Shown piece by piece: positions 1 to 11,451 of a stretch of DNA of 47,138 bases; position 1 is the stretch's first letter; each line of letters starts with the position of its first letter. The stretch covers positions 62,001 to 109,138 of the forward strand of contig MEDY01000047.1 of NCBI GenBank assembly GCA_001724265.1, read 5' to 3'. The DNA is from Rhizaria sp. SCN 62-66. Its lineage: Eukaryota. The notes under the pieces are model-generated. The model did no database searches. It was not told where the DNA came from and saw nothing but the letters and a program-made list of their open reading frames with translations. The position numbers and the translations under genes were made by a program.

Positions 1-2
1 AC

Positions 3-872
3 AGCAAGCGCATTGTCGCGAACAGCACCGCTGCCGGCAACCACGCGGACGGTGATAACCACAGCGAGTATGAGAGCGAAGGCAGCGTGATCCGCCGTGA
101 CATCAGCACTGCGCACGCCGCCGCCTTCGAGAGCAACCATCATTTCCTGCCGTTGACGCATGCCGGCCCCGGCGCGTCCCCGTCCCGCGCCGTGACCGCT
201 GCCGAGGCCCAGTCCGCAGCGGCCGCCACGCAGGTCAGCGAGCCGGGCGCGCCGCTGCATTTCTCTGATTCGAATAGCAGCAGCGCGCTCGCGAGTGCCC
301 ACGGCGCCACGGTCTCTGTCGCTGCTGCTGCTGACAGCGGCGACGTGAGTGCGCTGACGATGGGAGCTCGTGTCAAGCGTTCTTTCGGGATCGTCGCTTC
401 CCCGGCCATCCAGCTCGCGCTGGTGTATTTCTTCGAGTACGTCGTCTGCGTCGGTTTTGCCGCCGTCGCCAACCCAGACCCTGAGACGTGGGCTGAACGC
501 AATGCGTACGAGATTCTCTCACTGTGCTACCAAACCGGCGTCTGGATCAGCCGGTCTAGTATCCAACTCATCCAGATTCGCCGGTTTGAGATCATTACGG
601 TCGTGCAAGGGTTTAACTTCCTCTTTTGGTTCCTTCACGTCATGTTTGGCTTCATGGCTGTTTACGCGCAGTTCGCCGCGATGCTCTGGGTTGGACTGTT
701 CGCCGGTGCGATGTATGTCAACGTGTTCTTTGTGCTGCTCCGCGATGATAAGTACGAGGTTGACCGTGAGCTTAACCTTAACATTGTCTCGATTTTTATC
801 AATATCGGTGTGATGATGTCGTCGTTCTTTACGCTGATCGCTGATAACACGTTTCTTGCTAAGTTTCATTGA
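3..872 (+). CDS. CLN3: CLN3/battenin (Btn1) family lysosomal membrane protein, 3' part (5'-truncated by the window)
   Basis: Frame is open from nt 3 to TGA at 870-872. Family-like motifs LVYFFEY, YQTGVWISRSS, GLFAGAMYVNVF and RELNLNIVSI lie in several TM helices. Confidence 0.85.
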   Translation, partial: SKRIVANSTAAGNHADGDNHSEYESEGSVIRRDISTAHAAAFESNHHFLPLTHAGPGASPSRAVTAAEAQSAAAATQVSEPGAPLHFSDSNSSSALASAHGATVSVAAAADSGDVSALTMGARVKRSFGIVASPAIQLALVYFFEYVVCVGFAAVANPDPETWAERNAYEILSLCYQTGVWISRSSIQLIQIRRFEIITVVQGFNFLFWFLHVMFGFMAVYAQFAAMLWVGLFAGAMYVNVFFVLLRDDKYEVDRELNLNIVSIFINIGVMMSSFFTLIADNTFLAKFH

Positions 873-1614
873 ACAAGAAAACAAAGGAACAATGGGACAA
901 CAATTTGTTTTGTGTTTGTTTCGTAAGACTTGTGAAGTCAATTTTTTTTCGCACTCGTATTGAAATTTGCAGTGGTGAAGATTCCTCTATTTCCCCCAAC
1001 TTAGTGGGACTTTCTTTGGTTTTATTTCTGTGAGACTTTTTCTGTTTGTGCAGTATCCGTATTATTTATTCTTCCTTTGCCGTCAGCATGCAAAAGCAAA
1101 GGCCAATACATAGTAGATATACACTTGAAGTGAGCCAGCTTTTTGACTAAAGAACGATTTATTTATGACAAGAAAGCTTAGTTAGATTATGTTCAAGCGG
1201 TGATGACGCACCACACTAATATTGCTAAGAAAAGGGCGTTAGAGAGTCGTTACATTCCGGTTTGCGGCAAACAAACGCTACGATGAAAACGCTTTGACTA
1301 TAGAAAACATAAACGAAATTGAGAAAATACAACAAAAAAAACACAAAGTAAAGCAACACAAATCACCACCAACCATGTTCACTTCAAAGAAAAAGAAGAA
1401 AAACAACAACTTCAACAAACCATTTATAATCACAACATGCGTTACACACATGTCTTACACACTGTACGTGGCATTCGGGGCGCGATACTTGATCGAAGTA
1501 TCAAAAGGCATCACACACCGTTTCTTTTTAGTACACAGTGCTGTTTCCGCATATTTTCGCATGCATAATATGCTTTTTGACAAATTGGTTTCTTTTAGGA
1601 TTGTTCCACTTCGT

Positions 1615-3606
1615 TTACGCGCGAACGCAGGCACGCTTCGTAGACTGCGTATTGCACGAGATATCATCCTCACCGCTCTCAATCTGGATCGTCGAGTGAG
1701 AAATACCATACTTCTTCCGCAGCATCCTCTGCGCGCGCGCCAGTACACGGCCCGCCTCGCCCAACACAGCGCTCGCGGCCTCGGCCTCCGCGAGTGCGTT
1801 TTCGTCCGACAGGGGAGAGAACGGCGTCGGCGGAATCGGCGACGCCGGGATGACGGGCTGGACCTGTAAATGCACCGATAACGCGGGGTTACCGACCGAG
1901 AGGGACCAGACGTGGAGGTCGTGGACGCGTTGGACACCGGGGATGGCCTTGAGGTCGGCCGTGAGGGCAGCGACGTTGAGGCCGTCGGGCACGCCCTCCA
2001 TCAGAACCCTAGAGTCGCATGAACAAAACAGTCGATATATCAAGCACATGTAAGAATATTGAATTAAACATAATGCGTACATATGGAGAGTACGAAGATG
2101 ACATATTCCGATATAACTTTAGTGATATTAGAGGTTGTTTAATTGAGAAAGTTGCGATAAAGTGGAATTGACGTACATGACGGCTTCGCGCATGATGCGC
2201 ATAGTGGTGAAAAGCACGATAAACGAGAACACCACGGTACAGATGGGATCAGCCACGGCCCAGTTGGGGTTGTACCAGATGAGCGCAGCGGCGAGCATGA
2301 CGCCAAGCGACTGCAGAGCGTCACCGAGCACGTGTACCATTGCAGCACGGAGGTTGATGTTATGGTTCGGGTTGTTGAACAGCTTATCGTAGAAACTCAT
2401 GTTTTCCAAGTTCGACTTCTTGTTCGTGCTCGCAGAGTGGCTGTGACCGTGGGTATCATCGTGGTCATCGTGGTCACCGTGGCCGTCCCCGTCGTGGCTG
2501 TGGCCGTGGCCGCCGCCGTGGCCGTGGCCGTGGCCGTCGTCATCGCTGTGATCCGACGCGAGGAGACTGTCCGAGCCGTAGCTCGAGCGGTGGCGGTGCG
2601 CAGCAGCGTTGCCGCCAGTGGCGGCGCCAGCCAGAAGCCCAGACTTGTCCGTGCTGATGGTAAGCTCAGCAGCGCCGCCGTGATTGTGGCCGTGGCCGTG
2701 GTCGTGGCCGTCATGCTCGTCGTGCTCATCGTCTTCGCTGTGGCCGTGGCCGTGGTCATCGCTGTCGCCGCCGTGGCTGTGGCCGTGGCTGCTGCCGGGG
2801 AGTCCGTGGCTGTGGCCGTGGCCAGAGTACATCAGCAGGGTGCCCATCGACACGTTCACACAGAGGCCGAGAGTGGCGATGGCAAACATGACAACACCGT
2901 TGATGGGCACAGGGTGCGCAAAGCGGTCAAACGCCTCGACAAGCAAAACGCCAGTGAGGGCCCAGATCAAAAGCACGGAGACGATTGCACCGAGAATCTC
3001 GGCACGGTGAAAGCCGAACGAGTAGGACGAAGTCGCAGCCTTGCGGGAGACGTACAGCGACACGATCGAGATGAGGAAAGACGCCAAATCAGAGAGCAAA
3101 TGTGCGGCGTCGGTCATAATGGCGAGGGAGTTGCTGATGTAGCCACCGACGAGCTCGACGACCATGAACGCAAAGCAGAAGAACGAGACGTAGATGAGCG
3201 TTTGGCGCGCCGTGTTGGCCTTGACTTCCTCGGGACTGAGGCACTCGTTGTGTCCGCACTCGGTGGTGGTGGCCGCGAGATGACGGCATCCTTCAGCGTC
3301 GCTGTTGTCGTCGTCACCGTGACTAGCGAGCAGGCCGCCGGCGCTGCTGCGGGCGTTGCTGACGGCCAGGGGCTCGAGCTGCATCAGGACGGAGTGGTCA
3401 GCGTCGCCGCCGAGGAGAGGGGAGTCGCTGCTGCGGCGGTCGAGCAGCGCGAGCGGAATGTCGCCGCTGCCGGCAACGGGAACGCTGCTTGCGTTGAAAC
3501 CGCCGTGACCGTGGCCGTGGCTGTGGTCGTCGCGGTCGTCGAGGGCACCGTGGCTGTGGCCGTGGCCGGAGAAGCCACTATTGCCAGGTTTGTTCTTGCG
3601 GCCCAT
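1615..3606 (-). CDS. CDF/SLC30 (ZnT2/MTP1-like) zinc transporter with large His-rich segments; exons 3606-2177 and 2008-1615
   Basis: Motifs SLAIMTDAAHLLSD, YSFGFHRAEILGA, NINLRAAMVHVLGD, DPICT and VHDLHVWSL. A GTACGT...CTAG intron at 2176-2009 joins REAVM/VLMEGVP in frame. Confidence 0.92.
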
Positions 3607-4041
3607 GGAGTGAGCCTGATGGTGTTATAGCAAGGTGTACAAAGTTAAGAAGGGGGCAGTTTAGAGAATGGCAGTGAGCGAAGAATATTGGTCAGAGGCA
3701 CAGGAGTAGTGCGAATATATTAGAAACAGAGTTGGCAATGTAGAAAGTTGGCAAAATGCATTGCCGAAGCCCGTTTTCTGGAACTAGCGGGGCGATTAGC
3801 CAACGAGGTCGGAGTCTGCGAATGCCCAATCGGGGTTCAGGAAAACGATATATCGTGTCATGTTTAAGCAAAAGGTGAGTTCAAATCGAATGACATTGAC
3901 AGAAATCTGCAATTTCTACCGGATAAAATGCACATCTGCGCGTTTGTCGATCGATCCATCCAGATATCACCATCGCAATCAGCCTCACTTTCTCTTCCAT
4001 CGAACCGTACCGACTGACCGACCACGATCACAGTCTCGGCA

Positions 4042-4059
4042 AGTCGCTGCGCAGCGACT
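4042..4059. repeat. Perfect 18-bp palindrome in the divergent intergenic region between the ZnT and SHIPPO genes
   Basis: AGTCGCTGC|GCAGCGACT. Confidence 0.7.
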
Positions 4060-4751
4060 GACAAAGTACCCTCGCTCGTCCGTTAAGAGGTCAGGCTTCG
4101 GGAAAGGGTGGAGTTAGGGTACTAAACGTCGGTTGTTTAACAAACCAGTTTTTGTTCTGGATAGAAGGGTGAGTGTAATATGGAAATTTGCAAGTTGCAT
4201 GGTCTAAACCCATGACTAGACGTGAATTTGGTTGCATTTAGCACGGTATCTACACTCTCCCGCCCAGATTTCGAACTCGGTTCCTCTCGCCACGATATGC
4301 CACGGATACCCGCAGTGTAAACATTAAGCTACTTTTATTGAGTTAGTGTAGTGTGACTGTCGAGATATATACGACATTTTTCACTATTTGCAGCGAATAA
4401 CCCTTATTTCTACGCGTCTGAAGTTTCGAAGCCGCTCTGCCACGCGCCACGAAGGACTTCCGAGCGCAACGTACTCCCCCTCTTAGCACATCAAAACGAA
4501 CACATGATAGGATTATGCCATGAAATATGTCAACTACGCATGCGATTGCTAACTAATCCGTTATTATTTGTTCTTTCATGCTTTGTTTTCCTGCCCCAGA
4601 CCTCCTCTCACTCACCGTCGTTGCCTTCTTTGCCAACGGCTGTGTGTGCACCCCTTGTTTGCCCCCGCTCCCAACCGCGTTCTCAGGCATACGAGCCCTC
4701 AACAGCGCCCCCCTCATCACGCGTAAACTTGTTTTGCGCCCGTGAAGCCCG

Positions 4752-7700
4752 ATGTCGAGCCCGTCTGCCTCCCACTTTGACGCCCTTGACGCCGCCCAGC
4801 AGCCGCAGCATGACGACATCGCCACCGCCGCTGCTGACGCTTCTGCCTCGGCTCATGCTCCTGCTGATGTGAACATCGACAGCGACAACACGAGCAACAA
4901 CGGAGACGCAGCTATCCCGGAGACGCTGCCTCCGCCGCATGTCTCGCCTTCGAACGCCAACGCTGAGACCGAGGCGGCTGCTGCTGCTGCTGCTGCTGCT
5001 ACTGCTGCCGCTGCGTCACCTATCCCTGAGAAGCTGCCTGCTGCTGAGGCTGCTGCTACGGCCAGCGAAGACGCTGGCTCGAGCGATGCTGCTGCTAAGA
5101 CTGAGCCCCCCGCTGTCACCGAGGCTGTGCCTGCTGCTGCTGCTGCTGCCCAGTCCGAGTCCGACGATGTGCCCGCTAGTGTCCGCCTCTCCGTCTCGCC
5201 CCCTGTCGCTGCTGAGAGCGCTATTGCTGAGAGCGAGAACAATGGTGCCAAGTCAGCCACTCCCGTTGCCGCTGCGTCTGCGCCAATCCCCGTCTCCATC
5301 GCTGTCGAGAGCGCGGACGCCGACGCCGAGACTAGGAGCACTGAGGAGGCCGCTGTCGCAGCGACCCCCTTCGAGTTCACGTTCACTGACGGGACTGACG
5401 GGGCTGACAGCGACAGCGCTGCACACGGCCACGCGCACGCGCATGCGCACGCTCACAGTCACTTGGCGCCGGTCTCCCCCAAGAAGGCCGTGAAGCACAC
5501 CCCGCGCCGCTCTCTGTCCCCCCGTCACAGCAGCCAGACCAGCAACAGTAGCGTTCCTCTCGAGGCTGAGACTGATGCCGTGGCTGAGGCTGCGGCGGTG
5601 AACGCGGACGACATTCCCCAGCCTGCCACTGCGGAGGAGATGGAAAGCGTCGTGTGCGCCGACATCTTCGCTAAAGACGACAATCATGACAACGGTGACA
5701 ACAACACCGCTGACGACAAGACTGCGGCTCCGTCTGCGGTTCCTGAAGCGTTTGCCGAGGACACCGCCAAGCCCAAGACTGAGGCCGCTGCTCCTGAGCC
5801 GGACTCGGCTGTGGTGACCGAGTCCGTCGTCGTTGTCGCCGCCGCCGAGCCTGAGCCTGAGGCCGAGTTGGAATCCGAGCCCATTCCTTCCTCCAAGGCT
5901 CACGGCAAGGCCAAGGCGGGTCGCCCCTCTACTGCCGCCGCTGCTAGCCGTCCGTCCATTAACCGCACCCCTTCAACCTCCTCAAACAACCCCAAGGACG
6001 CGGCGGATGGCAGCGGGAGCAATGCCCACAGTCGTGCGTCGTCTCGCCGCCCCTCGATCAACTCCGCCACTGTTGCGGTGCCACCGACTGTGAGCGCGGT
6101 GCCTACCCCGAGCAAGCGCGTGTCTCTGGCCGCCAGCGCAACCAGCTCTGGCAGCTACAACAACGTGTCGATGGGTCCCCCGCCGTCGATGACGCGCCCG
6201 CAGTCCGCCCGCCTCTCTACGATGGGCCACGGCAACGCGCCCTCGCTGTCCCGCACCATGACTGCCGGCGGCAGCGGCGGTGGTCGCGGCGCCGGCGTCC
6301 CCCCGCCGCCGCCGCCGGCCCCCGAGGACTGCGGCATTTCTCCCTCCGTTCGCGGCCGTCTCTCGGCCATGAAGAAGCCCGTCGGGAACAACCCGTACGC
6401 GACCTTCGTGCCCCGCGGGCCGCCGCGCCCCCACACCGCACGCCAGTCCTCTTCCGCTTCCTCAGCCTCTGGTGGCGGCGGGGGCCGCACGCTGTCCCCG
6501 GGTCCCGCATCGGCCGACCGCACGGCGATGGTCTTCGCGTCGACGGTCGGCCGCTCGGGCGTCGTGTCGTACAACCCCCACCCGCGCGCCGAGAACACCG
6601 GCAACGGCGGTTTCGGCCAGTCCCGTCTGGATGGGCCCTCGCGGTCGCGGCTGCCGAACACCGTCGCCGGGGACAAGAACACCCCCGGACCTGGGCGGTA
6701 CATGCCCAAGGACGCGTGGGTCAAGCCCCCGGTCTCCTCCGTGGGGACCATGGGACGCGTGACCGTGCGTTCCGCACAGGAGCCCGCGTACAACGTCGGT
6801 CCCGGCCAGTACAACATCACGCCTATCTTAGACCTCGAGCTCGCGCGCTCCCGGGGCTTTTCGTTCACCAAGCGCGGCCCTACGATGATCGATGAGGCGG
6901 CGATGCGTGCAGCGGAGACGCCTTCGGCCGTGCACTACGATCCCCAGATCCCAGAGCCCCGGGTACGTCGCAAAATGCGATATTAAAAGCAAATAACGCC
7001 AGAGATGCACCGACTTGCGCACTTTTGTATCTCGAATTCAAATCAAGTTTTATCAGTCTATTTCGATGTTATACCAAATAATAATGTATATCTATCGCCC
7101 AACAATGCTAAATCGACACATTTTGCAATCTCTTTTTTATTTTTCATTTTGTTTTTCGTGTACTCTATCGCAGGGTTTGGCCGGCGCCGTTGCGCTGCGC
7201 TACACAGCCCCCAGCCGCGAGGATCCCGCCGCTGCGTACAAGAACAACCCCGCTGTCGGCGCGTACGAGACGCAGCGTTTCCTGGAGACCGGCACTGGCA
7301 CTCTGGGCGGGGGCGGCGCCAGTATGGCGTACCGCGGCGCTCAGATTGCGGACCCCGCGGCAGCCAAGAAGGACGTCCCCGCTGTCGGCTCCTACCAGGT
7401 ACGATCAATTGCACAGATATCTCACGCAAATCGAAACCAAGTGGGATACTAGCTTGGATTTTTGTATTGGCATAAATGTTTTCACTGTATTCCACGTCGA
7501 TGTGAATATATCAGCTCGATATCAAACTGATGTCTCAAAACTCACTATTTGTTTTTCATACGCTTGTTCTTGTTTGTTTTATCGCATCACCCACAGATTT
7601 CCCAGTTCGGCGAAACCGGCACTGGCACCCTTGGCGGCGGCGCCTCTTCCATGGCCTTCCGCAGCCCCCAGATCCAAGACCCTGCGCTCGCGAAGCGCGA

Positions 7701-9921
7701 TGTCCCCGGTGCCGGCTCCTACAACGTCTCAGGCTACAATGAGACAGGCACTGGCACTCTCGGCGGCGGTGCCTCCTCGATGGCCTTCCGCGGTGCGCAA
7801 ATCCAGGATCCCGCGCTCGCGAAGCGCGACGTGCCGGGAGCCGGCAGCTACAACGTCTCTGGGTACAACGAGACGGGCACCGGCCAGTTGGGCGGTGGTG
7901 CTGCTTCGATGGCATTCCGCGGCCCCCAGAACCTCGATCCTTCCATCGCTAAGCGTGACGTGCCCGGAGCCGGCTCCTACAACGTGTCCGGTTACAACGA
8001 GACTGGCACTGGCCAGCTCGGCGGCGGCGCGGCCTCGATGGCGTTCAAGGGCGCGCAGATCCAGGACCCTGCTCTCGCAAAGCGTGACGTGCCCGGAGCC
8101 GGCTCCTACAACGTGTCCGGTTACAACGAGACTGGCACTGGCCAGCTCGGCGGCGGCGCTGCGTCTATGGCTTTCAAGGGCGCTCAGATCGCGGACCCGG
8201 CGGCCCGTACCAAGGACATCCCCGCTGTTGGCGCCTACAACGTCGCCGGTTACAATGAGACCGGCACTGGCCAGCTCGGTGGCGGCGCTGCGAGTATGAT
8301 GTACCGTGGCGCTCAGATTGCTGACCCGGCTGCGCGCACGAAGGACATCCCCGCTGTCGGATCTTACCAGGTACGTTATCTTTGTTATTTGTTCCTGCAT
8401 CAATTTGATATGATATATCGCTGAAATGTTTACTTGCGCAAATCAGATTGTGATCTGCTTGTCTTTTTTAGTTTTTGCTTCGATCCGTTTATATCTATGG
8501 TCTCATTGTGTCACTATGCGACTATTCTGTTTCTATATCCGCACGCACAGGTCACACAGTACGGCGAGACCGGCACTGGCACTCTCGGCGGCGGCGCTGC
8601 CTCCATGGCCTACCGCGGTGTCCAGACTCTCGACCCGTCCCTCGCGAAGCGCGACGTGCCCGGCGCCGGCAGCTACAACGTCTGTGGGTACAACGAGACG
8701 GGCACTGGCACTCTTGGTGGCGGCGCTGCTAGCATGGCCTTTAAGGGCGCGCAAATCCAGGATCCCGCGCTCGCGAAGCGCGACGTCCCCGGTGCTGGTT
8801 CATACAACGTGTCAGGTTACAACGAGACTGGCACTGGCCAGCTCGGCGGCGGCGCGGCATCGATGATGTTCAAGGGCGCTCAGATCGCCGATCCCGCGGC
8901 TCGCACTCGCGACATCCCCGCTGTCGGCTCTTACCAGGTACGTGTAAATTACAAACAAGATAACCCAAGGATACTGCACCATAAGACTCACGTAGTATGT
9001 TTTCAAATGACTGTTTAATTATATCTTAGATTTTATTTTTTCATTTCACTCATATCTTTGTGCTATTCTGTTCTCGCTGCAACGCAGGTCACTCAGTACG
9101 GCGAGACCGGCACCGGCACGCTTGGCGGCGGCGCAGCTTCCATGGCTTTCCGTGGCGCCCAGATCGCCGACCCCTCTGCCCGCACTAAGGACATCCCCTC
9201 CGTCGGCGCCTACAACGTTGCGGGCTACAACGAGACCGGCACTGGCACTCTTGGCGGTGGCGCCGCGTCGATGGCATTCCGCGGTGCTCAGATCGCGGAC
9301 CCTGCCGCGCGCACGAAGGATATCCCTGCTGTTGGCGCGTACAACGTCGCCGGTTACAACGAGACTGGCACTGGCCAGCTCGGCGGCGGTGCGGCCTCCA
9401 TGGCTTTCCGCGGGCCTCAGAACCTCGATCCCTCTATCGCTAAGCGTGACGTCCCCGGTGCTGGCTCGTACAACGTCGCTGGCTATAACGAGACTGGCAC
9501 TGGCCAGTTGGGTGGTGGCGCTGCCTCGATGGCGTTCAAGGGCGCCCAGATCCAAGACCCTGCTTTGGCGAAGCGCGACGTCCCCGGAGCCGGCAGCTAC
9601 AACGTTGCCGGTTACAACGAGACGGGCACCGGCCAGCTTGGTGGTGGTGCTGCGTCGATGGCGTTCAAGGGTGACCAGATCCAGGATCCCACGGCCGCGA
9701 CACGTTTCGTCCCCGGTCCCGGCGCGTACCAGGCTAAGGACGTCGACGAGGCGTTCAGCACGAAGTTAGGCCGCATCCAGGAGTCGCTGCCCAGTGACGT
9801 GGACCGCGCGATTGCAGAGGCGATGACGCGCCCGGCCCCAGCGTCTCGTGAGGCTATTGAGCGCGGGTATGCGATGATTTTGCCCCGTGCGCCCATGGCG
9901 GACTTCGGCACCTCGATCTAA
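4752..9921 (+). CDS. SHIPPO/sperm-tail PG-rich repeat (ODF3/STPG-like) protein, ~1476 aa; exons 4752-6962, 7174-7398, 7597-8370, 8551-8937, 9088-9921
   Basis: TPGPGRY, VGPGQY, VPGAGSY and VPGPGAY motifs. Four phase-0 GT-AG introns restore one frame ending in TAA. The N-terminus is long, acidic and Ala-rich. Confidence 0.8.
7285..9732 (+). repeat. Coding tandem repeat of 129 nt / 43 aa, about 15 copies, interrupted by 3 introns
   Basis: Unit ETGTG(T/Q)LGGGAASMAF(R/K)GAQI(Q/A)DP..(K/T)(R/K)D(V/I)P(G/A)(A/V)G(S/A)Y(N/Q)V.GYN. Exon 3 is 774 nt = 6 units and exon 4 is 387 nt = 3 units. Confidence 0.95.
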
Positions 9922-11136
9922 GTACTCGCCGCGGTCTAAGTGAAGCAGTGCTTGTTTGGTGCTGTTAAGCGCTCATAAATGTGAACATGTGTGAGTGTTG
10001 AATTGCGCTGTGTTGCCGCGAGTTGATTGATTGCTTTGATGTTGATGTAGCGAAATGAGCCAATGTTGTGGTTTTGATTTGTTTGCGTCTATCTTTTCTT
10101 GTTGCTGATACGTATCCTTGCCTGTGTAGCACTGCCGCACACATCAAAGTTGAGATCGCGTTGAAAGTGAGAATTATCGAAACGAATGCACAACTGTCAT
10201 GAATGCCCACACATTGACTTCGCTTATGCTCAGTTTTCAATCAAGAAGATTCCTTGCGCGCACACACGCGAACCTCTACGAACTTTGACACTACTGGTGG
10301 CACTTGTGTTATTGCTCACGCTTAATTTAACATGCATCTTATGATGCATTGATGAGTACTCAGATTGAGCATGGATAACGATGCCCTCTTGCTTGTTCTC
10401 ACTCGTTTTTACTTTGGATGTTAGTGTTGAGCTGATGTTGACACAGCTATTTCGTTGTTCGTCGCAGCATGCAACTAATTATAACTATTGTTTGCAAGAA
10501 TACGATCGGTCACTTGTATGTCGTCGTGTTATCTTGTGTTTTCCTCCGTATTCTCTCTCTCAACCTCATTTTCTCTCTCTCCATATTGCCTGTATACCTT
10601 TGTCAGTCGTCCCTCTCGCTCTCTTTTCTCCATTCATTGTCTGTTTTAGTTTGTCATGCAAGCCCCAGTCGCTGTATTTGGCGTCGGAGCTGTAATTGTA
10701 GTAGAAATAGTTTTAGCAGTGTTATAGTTCAGCCGCCATGTGTGCGTGCACGTGTTGATCGTAGTGGTCACATCAACACAGTGCTGGCAATTGTTTCAAA
10801 GCACGGGATTTGTTGTAAGTACTGTATTTTCTTAAAACAAATCAAACCCAAAAACTCACAAACACAAACGAAAGTATGTCGTTGATGAACGTGTTTCTAA
10901 ACTGTATCAAAGATATCTTAATAAAGTTATTCAAATATCCAACTTCAAACATCCTTCATCTGGCCCTTGCAATGGATCTTCTTGATCTTAAATATAATCG
11001 TACGATTGACCATGATGAGCTGCATTCATTCATGCCGTCTTGAAAGCACATCATGTACAACTGTTCACTTTCACAGACAAGCACAAGTAATGTACAGTCT
11101 GTGGGGTGTGGATTTGTGGACGATGCTGTCCACTGT

Positions 11137-11451
11137 TCATTGTTCATGGTCCCTGTTGACAGTCATATGCTTCGCCGTAACAATCGGCACTTCCGCAATC
11201 AACCGACCGTGGCTGTCTTTGCCGCTCTCAAAGGGGTTCCACCGGTGCAAATACGACGCAACGCCGCCGTAGTTGCCCTCATCAAACGCCTTTTCAGTGC
11301 CCACCGGTGTCGGTGCGAGGATATAGCTGTTATCCAACCGTGACTGTCCCCAGGCGTTCCCAGCACCGTCGCTGAAGTACGCACCTTCACTCAGCGCGTA
11401 CGTGTTCGCATTGCTAGTGTTGTTCGCGTGTGCACTATGTAGCTGATGCAT
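11137..11451 (-). CDS. 104-aa ORF in frame with and abutting the previous ORF (possible C-terminal continuation)
   Basis: Junction reads GAC CGG TAG ATG CAT. The ORF stays GC-rich and coding-like, unlike the AT-rich 3' flanks of other genes, and ends in TGA. Confidence 0.4.
   Translation of the reverse strand: MHQLHSAHANNTSNANTYALSEGAYFSDGAGNAWGQSRLDNSYILAPTPVGTEKAFDEGNYGGVASYLHRWNPFESGKDSHGRLIAEVPIVTAKHMTVNRDHEQ

Noticed and set aside
4255-4320. tRNA-like 3' half on the minus strand (CCGAGTTCGAAATCTGG)
   Set aside because: The T-stem is mismatched and I could not build D, anticodon or acceptor arms.
10972-11043. EF-hand-like peptide MDLLDLKYNRTIDHDELHSFMPS on the + strand
   Set aside because: 23 codons, AT-rich, key loop ligands and Gly missing, and no supporting exons.
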